DNA from: Candidatus Hydrogenedentota bacterium
GTDB lineage: Bacteria > Hydrogenedentota > Hydrogenedentia > Hydrogenedentales > SLHB01
Length of the DNA: 64,000 bases
Direction of reading: 5' to 3'
Assembly (NCBI GenBank): GCA_963668025.2
Contig: CAXXTH010000023.1
Location: 320,001-384,000 of the forward strand
Shown: one piece after another, positions 19,217 through 27,119 of the stretch
Layout: each line of letters begins with the position of its first letter
Position numbering within the stretch: position 1 is the stretch's first letter
Made by a program: the position numbers and the translations under genes
Notes under the pieces: generated by a model
What the model was told of the DNA's origin: nothing
What the model saw: the letters and a program-made list of their open reading frames with translations, nothing else
Databases searched by the model: none

Positions 19217-21556
19217 ATGAGGTTAAGAGACTATGCAGGCAATGTGCTTGGACAAAAAACACGTATTCTATTTTGTGGAGTCATGCTGATGTGCGCTGTA
19301 TCATTTCGTGCGGATGCCGAGGCTGGGAAGCCCGCGATGGACATCTATGCAAAATATCAATTGAAACCGCTCGATTATGATGCGGTGAAGCTGCATGGGG
19401 ATTTACAAAGGCAGTTTGCAGAGGTTTGCGAATTCTATTACAACCTATCGAATGACAACTTGCTCAAGCCTTTCCGGGAGCGGGCGGGGCTTCCGGCTCC
19501 GGGCAACGATATGGGCGGGGTGTATATCGAGCATGGGCCTTTTGGGCAATTTCTGTCCGGTTATGCGCGGATATACGCCGCCACCAAGGACGAAAAATAC
19601 AAAGAAAAGGCCGTCTATTTGATGGAGGAGTGGGCGAAAACCATCGATCCTAAAGATGGCTTCTTTTTCCCTTCGAGGACGAGCAAAGGCATCCTGTATC
19701 CCTATCAATACGAAAAAATTCTGGGCGGCCTCCTGGACATTTATTATTTCTGTGGAGAGCCGAATGCCCTCAAATACATCGAAAAGATCACGGCATGGGA
19801 AGACAAAAACATCGAGAAAAGCCGGGATCCCCGCGCCTTTATTGGTTTTCTTGGGGAGTGGTATACCCAGAGCGAAAATCTGTACCGGGCCTATCTGTAT
19901 ACCGGCAATGAGTTCTACAAAAAATTCGCCGAAGTATGGGAATACAGTGATTTCTGGGATGAGATCCAGGGTGGCGATTACGAAGCCATGTATAAAAAGG
20001 GCAATCATCATGCGTATAGCCATGTGAACTCGTTCAATGGGCTCGCGGGGGCCTATATGGCAAAAGGGGAAACAAAATACCTGGATACGTTGAAGAAAGC
20101 CTACGATTTCCTGCAACAGGAACAGTGTTATGCGACCGGCGGTTATGGCCCCATCGAAAATCTTCCGCCGCGCAAGGAGCTGGCGCGCTGCCTCGAAACG
20201 ACCGCCAACCATTTTGAGACGCAGTGCGGCTCCTGGGCGGGTTTCAAGATTACTAAATATCTAGTTGGATTCACTGGCGACGCCCGATATGCCGATTGGA
20301 CGGAAAAACTCATGCTCAATGGCATAGGCGCTTCCATTCCGATGACGAAGCAGGGAAATGTATTCTATTATTCGGCGTATGGAACGCATGGCGCGGTGAA
20401 GAAGAACATCGAAGGCACATGGCCCTGCTGTTCAGGCACCCGTGTGGAAGCCGTGCCGGATTACCATAATCTCCTCTATTTCTTTGATGATACGGGCATC
20501 TACATCACCCAGTATTTTGCGTCCGAGGGTGCATTCCAGATAGGCGGCAACGCGGTGCAACTCGTTCAAGAGACGCGGTTCCCGGAAGAAGACACGACGC
20601 GCCTGACGCTTAAGACCGGCAAGCCTTCTACATTTAATATCAAGTTTAGGATACCCAGTTGGCTGGCGTCTAAGGCCGTCGTGAAGGTGAACGGCAAAAA
20701 ATACGTGTATACAGAGAAGAATAACTGGGGTGTGGTCTCACGCGAATGGAAGGATGGGGATGTAATAACGCTCGAGCTGCCGATGGAGTTCTCCATTTCA
20801 AGTCTATATAAGGACAGCGAATATCCAGCGGCGATTATGTATGGGCCAGTGACTATGGCGGTGCAAGCGCTGGCGAATGGTGAAAACCCAGCGGACCTTA
20901 TTGACTTGAAACATATTTCCAAAGATTTTGTTCCTTCGGAGACTGGGCCATTGACTTGGAAGATGAAGGACAATGAATCTGTAGTGCTCAAGCCGTTCTA
21001 CACCTATAAAGAAGGGGAAAAGTATTTCCTCTATTTGGATAAAAACACCCGCCGCATCATCCCTGTCCCAGATGACGCCAAAGAGATCTCCGCTACGCTT
21101 ACTAATCCCCAGCAGGACGCGGGATTGTTGTTTTACGAATCCCACCGCGATTCCGAGAGTGATCCGGTGGTGAAAGAAGGACGCGAGGGCTGGATGGGCA
21201 CGCAGTTGTATGGCGAGAAGAGCAATGTGATGTACTTCCTGGTGGAATGCCCGGGATTCAAGAACGGCAATGCGCCGAATGTCACGTTCCATGTGGAGTA
21301 TTTTGATGAAGGCACAGGGTCTATACGGATTGTATATGATTCCAGTGATGAATCCGTGAAAGTGTCGGAGACCGAGCCTGGGGCGTGGAAAGAGGCGGGC
21401 GTCTTTCCCCTCGCCAATACGAAGACTTGGAAGGCCTATGAATGCGCCGTGCCGGATGCGAAGTTTTCCGCCCGGTGCAATGGCGGCGATTTCCGGTTTG
21501 AGATGAACAGTGAAAACGGCAAACCGGCCATCGGAATGGTGAAATTGACGCGATAG
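19217..21556 (+). CDS. GH127/GH146-type beta-L-arabinofuranosidase-like protein with a C-terminal binding module
   Basis: HHAYSHVNS, YATGGYGP.E, FETQCGSW and WPCCSGT motifs; RBS GGAGGA. Confidence 0.85.
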   Translation: MRLRDYAGNVLGQKTRILFCGVMLMCAVSFRADAEAGKPAMDIYAKYQLKPLDYDAVKLHGDLQRQFAEVCEFYYNLSNDNLLKPFRERAGLPAPGNDMGGVYIEHGPFGQFLSGYARIYAATKDEKYKEKAVYLMEEWAKTIDPKDGFFFPSRTSKGILYPYQYEKILGGLLDIYYFCGEPNALKYIEKITAWEDKNIEKSRDPRAFIGFLGEWYTQSENLYRAYLYTGNEFYKKFAEVWEYSDFWDEIQGGDYEAMYKKGNHHAYSHVNSFNGLAGAYMAKGETKYLDTLKKAYDFLQQEQCYATGGYGPIENLPPRKELARCLETTANHFETQCGSWAGFKITKYLVGFTGDARYADWTEKLMLNGIGASIPMTKQGNVFYYSAYGTHGAVKKNIEGTWPCCSGTRVEAVPDYHNLLYFFDDTGIYITQYFASEGAFQIGGNAVQLVQETRFPEEDTTRLTLKTGKPSTFNIKFRIPSWLASKAVVKVNGKKYVYTEKNNWGVVSREWKDGDVITLELPMEFSISSLYKDSEYPAAIMYGPVTMAVQALANGENPADLIDLKHISKDFVPSETGPLTWKMKDNESVVLKPFYTYKEGEKYFLYLDKNTRRIIPVPDDAKEISATLTNPQQDAGLLFYESHRDSESDPVVKEGREGWMGTQLYGEKSNVMYFLVECPGFKNGNAPNVTFHVEYFDEGTGSIRIVYDSSDESVKVSETEPGAWKEAGVFPLANTKTWKAYECAVPDAKFSARCNGGDFRFEMNSENGKPAIGMVKLTR

Positions 21557-21589
21557 CTGTTACATCAAGAAATGCTTGGTCGGTTGAAT

Positions 21590-21612
21590 GGCCCCTTTCG
21601 AGGGGCCTTTTT
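21590..21612 (+). terminator. Rho-independent terminator
   Basis: GGCCCCT-TTCG-AGGGGCC-TTTTT. Confidence 0.85.
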
Positions 21613-21663
21613 GCACATGAGTCATTTCAGACTTCCTGATCCAGGCGGTATATTTGTCTGATT

Positions 21664-21990
21664 ATGGGGAAATGGGGATGGCGCTTTTTTGATTATGGCC
21701 TGGGTGGCATGGCAGCCTTCTTGGAGTCGAACCGCCTTGAAGGATGAATCCAGAGGACAGGGCCTGCATCGAAGACGTGGGCTATCTAGTGCGGTTCCAA
21801 TACCTGTTTCGCGAACTCGCCAAGGCGAAACCGGACGCACCCATACTTGACCGCGCTATCGAGACAACCGAGGGCATCAAAACACTCGTCCCGGACCTCG
21901 CCACATTTCCACGTAACCAAACTGCTCGAAGCTAAACGGGATGAGATCGCTAAGACGATTGTCGAGATGCGGAAAATCTTGGGAAAGTGA
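21664..21990 (+). pseudogene. Degraded C-terminal fragment resembling DUF4091-domain proteins
   Basis: WGNGDGAFL...IEDVGYL... and, in a shifted frame, KLLEAKRDEIAKTIVEM. Confidence 0.35.
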
Positions 21991-22023
21991 ATAAGAGTGG
22001 AATTCATCGTTCTTGTAAAGGAT

Positions 22024-22060
22024 GTGGGGGAGAACTTTTCAGGTCTCCCCCACTCTTTAT
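22024..22060. terminator. Hairpin between convergent genes
   Basis: GTGGGGGAGA...TCTCCCCCAC. Confidence 0.55.
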
Positions 22061-22110
22061 TCAACGTGGAGAACCGGGCGAACCATCCGGACTGCAGAAA
22101 TCATCCGGGA

Positions 22111-23322
22111 CTAATTTGTTGCCGTCGTAAAGAAAAAAATATAATTTGCACGACCACCATACAAATATTTTGGACCATCAAGAGTATCCACACAATTTCC
22201 CGAACTGGGTACAGTTACAATTACTGAAGTTCCCATAGGTGCGGAATAACCTAGTTTAATACCTGAATGGCTTCCGATAGTTGGGTTGTCCCAATGAGGA
22301 TTAGGCTGATCATAGGCCGAGAAATAATCCGCAGGCATGGTGGCGTTAGTGAGACTCACATGGCCAGACGCAGATGAATTTTGAACCGAATCATGCAAGG
22401 ACTCACTAAAAAGTATCGTCACCTCTCCTTTTACGGATGGCGGATTGGTACTATAATCGATCGCACCTTGTTGAGTGGCTTGATGTGCGGGAGCAGTATC
22501 CATCACGTAAGGGAACAACGAAACGCCAGGCATTATCTGGGTTGTTAACTGCACAATCGGACTTGTTTGATCATTATATACGGAATGAACCGTATGGGCA
22601 TAAAAATCCGGTAACGCACCACCTCCAGGATAAGATCCATAAACCAAACCCTGCATCAACGGACTAAAATCCTGTGTAACTTGCTGGAGATTTACCGTCG
22701 TGGTATAATAGAAACTTGCTGCACTCATAAAATTCTCAATACCACTTCCATTATCACTAGACGTGGCTACAAACGAAATGCTATGGTAAGTATCTACTTT
22801 TGGAGTATCCCACAAAAACGTATTTGACCAACGTCTCGCTAAAGGTTGCATGGCGACAATTTCATAGACATAGCCTTGCCTACTAGTTAGCTGTGTCGTT
22901 CTCGCATAAAGGCCGAAACACCATTGGCCATTAAGAAGATAATAATATTTCTTATTGTTCTGGCTTTGGTCCATGTAGAAAGCGAGTTTAGCATCTCGCT
23001 CCGCTTGGTAGGCAGAATCATAGACTTCGGCAACCACATCTCCGCCGGCATGTGCCGTATACGATACAACACCTGCTCCGTCTATAAGATCAGCTCGCAG
23101 GGTGGCAGCGGTGCAAAGTCCCGGATTCCCGTCCATAAACAGATTAATTCTTGGCACGGTAAAATATCCGCAAATACCTGGCAAATCCGAAGAAAATGCC
23201 CCTATATCAAAAGCGTGAGGCCCCCATATGAGATGATGGTTGGATTCAGGTACGACCGCACGTGCTGTCGTGGAAATCACCAACGAAAAAATAAGCGATG
23301 AAATGACTTTATACATTTTCAT
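22111..23322 (-). CDS. Secreted hypothetical protein, 403 aa, AT-richer than its flanks
   Basis: Signal peptide ending ARA; RBS GAGGGG; C-terminal VTILFSESL suggests an Ig-like domain. Confidence 0.75.
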   Translation of the reverse strand: MKMYKVISSLIFSLVISTTARAVVPESNHHLIWGPHAFDIGAFSSDLPGICGYFTVPRINLFMDGNPGLCTAATLRADLIDGAGVVSYTAHAGGDVVAEVYDSAYQAERDAKLAFYMDQSQNNKKYYYLLNGQWCFGLYARTTQLTSRQGYVYEIVAMQPLARRWSNTFLWDTPKVDTYHSISFVATSSDNGSGIENFMSAASFYYTTTVNLQQVTQDFSPLMQGLVYGSYPGGGALPDFYAHTVHSVYNDQTSPIVQLTTQIMPGVSLFPYVMDTAPAHQATQQGAIDYSTNPPSVKGEVTILFSESLHDSVQNSSASGHVSLTNATMPADYFSAYDQPNPHWDNPTIGSHSGIKLGYSAPMGTSVIVTVPSSGNCVDTLDGPKYLYGGRANYIFFFTTATN

Positions 23323-23401
23323 TGCATTTCCCCTCTTTTTCTATTATATGAAATAGCCATCTAATCTTATTAACAACACCGGTTACATACAACGCAAATA
23401 A

Positions 23402-24658
23402 TCAATATGTTATAGGCATGGCATTCGTTACCTGGTTTTCCCGTTCCGTGATCAGCTCCCGTAACCTATCGAGAAAAGCGCTTGAACCTCCTTTTCGCAG
23501 GCTTAGGGCCATGTTACGAGCAGTAACACGACTCGAATCCCCCATAACTTCCGCTATAAGGCATTCCGTTTGAAGAAGAGACAACTGCTGTCCTTCAACA
23601 AGCACCTCGAGAAGCTCGTTCAGGGTATCAGAAGAACTAATACCACGATCATCATGCTTATCGAAAATCACCAATCCTGGCATTTCCAACAAGCTCTGAT
23701 GCATCTCCAGGTATTGCTGCGCGGTTTCCTCTATGGGGACAGAAGTCATCCCAGTCGTATGCTTACGTGTCTGCGGATCAAATCCAGTAATGATCACAGT
23801 CGTCTGCCAAGGAGCATTATCCCACTTGATGAAAAACTGGCCAGGAAACAGAGAACCTTCTTCTCTCTCTTCAATGATTGTGACCTTTTGTTGCGTGGCA
23901 AGAAAATCGCGAATTTTTCCCCGCGTCGCGTCGGGGCCATACTGGGCCACGAATTGTGGCACCAGTACAAAGGTCACATATTCCTGTAAGCTTTCACAAT
24001 CATCAAATTGACCGGATTCCGGCAAAACCGGTAACGGCTTTTGTTTCGTTATTACTTTGTTGCTGCCTGATGCCAGCAGCAATCCATTTACAAATAAACT
24101 TACCGTGTCATTTAGCACTTTAGTCTCAAATTTGTACGGCCCTGGGACATATTGGCCGTTGTAGACGAAAATGCCGGAATCAATCGTTCCCGGAGTTCCC
24201 TTGGCCGGCGTCACCGGCTGGATGGGGGTGTATGAATCCAGTATCTGCTGTTCCATCAGCGCCGGATTGTATTTACTTTGAGGATCCGCCTTGATCCGCC
24301 ATGTTCTGCCCTCGTCCTCGTCTATGATGGTAAGGGCGGGAAAAGCCAGAAGCTGAGAAGAAAGATCGTCGGCGTCTCTGAACGCACCGCGAGCGGTGAT
24401 GGACCCATACGCATGAACGTCGCAATCGTATACGACCGTTCGCCCGGTCTTTCTTGCGATTTCATCGATGATGTCCTTGATGGGAACGCATCGGGCTTCG
24501 ACGCTGAACGTTCCGTCTTCCCCCACGTCAACCTTCAGGTGGCCGATGGGGAAAGAGGGAACACTCGAGGCCAGGGCCGCTCCACAGGTCATTACGATGG
24601 AAAGGCATGCGAAGAACACAAACATTTTTTTCACTAGAAAACGATTATACCCTTTCAT
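23402..24658 (-). CDS. Diverged fourth paralog of the 431-aa secreted protein
   Basis: PIGHLKVDVGEDGTFSVEARCVPIKDIIDEIARKTGRTVVYDCDV, YNGQYVPGPYK, LPESGQFDD and QTECLIAEV are shared with 3317..7895; RBS AGGAGGAGG. Confidence 0.85.
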   Translation of the reverse strand: MKGYNRFLVKKMFVFFACLSIVMTCGAALASSVPSFPIGHLKVDVGEDGTFSVEARCVPIKDIIDEIARKTGRTVVYDCDVHAYGSITARGAFRDADDLSSQLLAFPALTIIDEDEGRTWRIKADPQSKYNPALMEQQILDSYTPIQPVTPAKGTPGTIDSGIFVYNGQYVPGPYKFETKVLNDTVSLFVNGLLLASGSNKVITKQKPLPVLPESGQFDDCESLQEYVTFVLVPQFVAQYGPDATRGKIRDFLATQQKVTIIEEREEGSLFPGQFFIKWDNAPWQTTVIITGFDPQTRKHTTGMTSVPIEETAQQYLEMHQSLLEMPGLVIFDKHDDRGISSSDTLNELLEVLVEGQQLSLLQTECLIAEVMGDSSRVTARNMALSLRKGGSSAFLDRLRELITERENQVTNAMPITY

Positions 24659-24846
24659 GACGCCTCCTCCTCTCAGGATGTGAAACAACATATATGTATG
24701 TACCACAATGTTTGTGTTTTGTCAAATATGTCACCTAACATGGAATTTCGACACCCAGAAACAGATGCCCGGATGGTCTATACTCTCACGTAAACGCAAA
24801 ATAAAAAAGTGCCTTCCCCAGTTCCGCCGGGAGCAGGAACTCTGAA

Positions 24847-24932
24847 CTTAACGCAGCGTAGCCGCAACCAAAGATCTAGATTTAACCACGAAATACACTA
24901 AATACACTAAAATCTATAGCGTTTGGTGAGGC
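24847..24932 (+). repeat. Dispersed repeat (second copy at 54006..54091) with a 9-nt-period half-site
   Basis: CTTAACGCAGCGTAGCCGCAACCAAAGATCTAGATTTAACCACGAAATACACTAAATACACTAAAAT, followed by a REP-like hairpin GCATGGGCG-TCT-CGCCCATGC near 24970. Confidence 0.8.
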
Positions 24933-25377
24933 GAGTATATCTTATAGATAGTTTTTACAGCTCCCTTGGCATGGGCGTCTCGCCCATGCGAGAAAGGAGA
25001 AAACGCATACAACTCGCCTATACAACGGCATATAAAAAAAGCATATCTCGGAACATTGGATATGATTTGAGTTCAATGCAGAATCTTCGCAAGAAAACAG
25101 TATTCTTCCCGATAGTAGTACGAAGATTTATCACAGATGGTGCGGATGATACCGATGAAAAATCAGACTGATTTCGTTTTTCTTCGTGCCCTTCGTAGGA
25201 GAATATGGTCTCTAACCAGTTGGTGTATAGTAATTTACACAAAAATCCATACAAGGAATCAAGATTTCAGCAAATAGTAGCATATAGGGCATTAACAGGC
25301 TCCATCATCCATGGTTGCACTGGATTGACTGGAATTGACGGGTTGATGAACCGGGTTGAAACATCTATGATGAAGGC

Positions 25378-25569
25378 ATGGACAAAAAGAAAATATCTGT
25401 ATTTCGAATGTCAGGCCTGCGCGACGATGGTTTTGTTCCAGGCACGTCGGCGGAGCGTATCGGTCTTGTCTGGCCGCTGACACGTGAAGCCGTCTCCTTA
25501 AGCGGGAAATATGATGCTGAACGCAGACTACAAAGACATGTTACGCGCCTTATCCGCCGAAAAGGTTGA
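25378..25569 (+). CDS. Small protein upstream of a nucleotidyltransferase (toxin-antitoxin-like partner)
   Basis: SAERIGLVWPLTREA...RLQRHVTRLIRR; overlaps the start of the downstream nucleotidyltransferase. Confidence 0.55.
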   Translation: MDKKKISVFRMSGLRDDGFVPGTSAERIGLVWPLTREAVSLSGKYDAERRLQRHVTRLIRRKG

Positions 25570-25690
25570 TTTCCTTCTTGTCGGCGCATATGCAATGGCG
25601 GCTCATGGCTATCCGCGGACTACTATGGATATCGATATTTGGATTACGCCAACTCCCCGCAACGCGGAGGTTGTTCTTCGCGAATGGGAA
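25511..25690 (+). pseudogene. Truncated minimal nucleotidyltransferase (DUF6036-like)
   Basis: FLLVGAYAMAAHGYPRTTMDIDIWI motif; similarity is lost after about 58 aa. Confidence 0.65.
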
Positions 25691-25959
25691 GGTGGCGATT
25701 CTATAATAGAATTAGGTGTCAATAAGAGTGATGTGTGCGGACTACGTCCTATTTGGATTTGGGCCATAGTGAAGTGCTTGATGACGACCAATTGCAGTGT
25801 TTGTTGCGTGATAAGTGGAAAGAGAATAGGAACTGCCAATGAGCTATCGCTTATCACTAATCAATATATATACTATTAGTCGATTTATTCTTTCCAATTC
25901 TGTAGAAAAGAGAGCTACTCCGGAATGATGTGATAGAGGAACGGACGGAGGCAGAGACC

Positions 25960-26169
25960 ATGCGATATGAGTTTAGCGTTGTCGTAGAACGGGATGAGGA
26001 TGGCTATTTTATAGCGTCGGTTCCAGCGCTCCGTGGCTGCCATACACAAGCCAAGTCGCTCGATATCTTGATGAAACGAGTCCAGGAGGCGATAGAGCTT
26101 TGCCTGGAAGCCGAGACTCCTGTTGCTAATGAATTCATTGGGATCCAGCGTGTGGCGGTAAACACATGA
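25960..26169 (+). CDS. hicB: HicB-family antitoxin
   Basis: VVVERDEDGYFIASVPALRGCHTQAKSLD...EAIELCL. Confidence 0.9.
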   Translation: MRYEFSVVVERDEDGYFIASVPALRGCHTQAKSLDILMKRVQEAIELCLEAETPVANEFIGIQRVAVNT

Positions 26170-26384
26170 GCGATTTCCCTACAATCTCTGGAAGTCAGCT
26201 TATCAAGGTACTCCAGAAGCTGGGATTTGTCGTCGTCAGAGCCAAGGGAAGCCATCATTTCCTGAAGCATCCCGATGGACGTTGCACGGTTGTTCCTGTT
26301 CATCGGGGTGAAATGATTGGACGGGGTTTGCTCGCGCAAGTCTTGCGGGACTGTGAGGTTAGCCGAAAGGATCTCCCGATTTGA
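26166..26384 (+). CDS. hicA: HicA-family mRNA interferase toxin
   Basis: LQKLGFVVVRAKGSHHFLKHPDGRCTVVPVH; ATGA overlap with hicB. Confidence 0.9.
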   Translation: MSDFPTISGSQLIKVLQKLGFVVVRAKGSHHFLKHPDGRCTVVPVHRGEMIGRGLLAQVLRDCEVSRKDLPI

Positions 26385-26555
26385 AGCGAGTTCCCGGCGT
26401 CGGAAAGAACAGGCAGGTTGAAGGCGTGTATAAAACGAAAATAACCGTGGAGCGCATTTGACGCCGAGGCCACGACTTGGCGCGGCCTTCCCCAGCCGCT
26501 CCGCCGAGTACACGCATCACTTTGAACGAAGCTATTGGGAAAAAGGTGGATTTTT

Positions 26556-26900
26556 ATGGACGGCACATTCTCGGAAGTGAAGCTGTTTCAGGTAAAACCA
26601 GATAAGCTCGCTGCATTTGAAAAACTAATCTCCCAAATTCAATCGGAACAGAAATCCCAGCCCGGGTGTCTCTATATTCGCTACATGAAGCGCTTCTATG
26701 TTTTGGATGAACTCAAACCCAGGCCACTAACACGAATCGTCAAATGCGTCAAATATTTCTCTTATTGGGAGTTTGACAGCGAGGAAAACTATGCTTCTGC
26801 GATCCGCTGGTTTTTCGATGTCCACGCCAAAGCGCTCTTCAAACTGCTGATTATGCCCTTCGACATTTATTGCGGCAATGCCATCAAAGACGACGCATGA
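26556..26900 (+). CDS. Antibiotic-biosynthesis-monooxygenase-like (dimeric alpha/beta barrel) protein
   Basis: FQVKPDKLAAFEKLI...QPGC...YWEFDSEE pattern. Confidence 0.6.
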   Translation: MDGTFSEVKLFQVKPDKLAAFEKLISQIQSEQKSQPGCLYIRYMKRFYVLDELKPRPLTRIVKCVKYFSYWEFDSEENYASAIRWFFDVHAKALFKLLIMPFDIYCGNAIKDDA

Positions 26901-27119
26901 CAAGGCCCCCAACCATATACACCTTGTTTTTAGTGTGCATTTTCTCATATTCGTGGTGATAGTCCAGATCCACGATTGCGGTCGTGCCGCACCTGTTGAT
27001 GCCCTTGCTTTTCTTTCATTTCAGAGGTTGCTTTTTATTTACGAAAAGGGTATTCTGCCGCTTGATAGTAAACGTTTTCTGTGTGCGCCCGCGCGCATCG
27101 GCCAAGGGAGCCTGAGATT

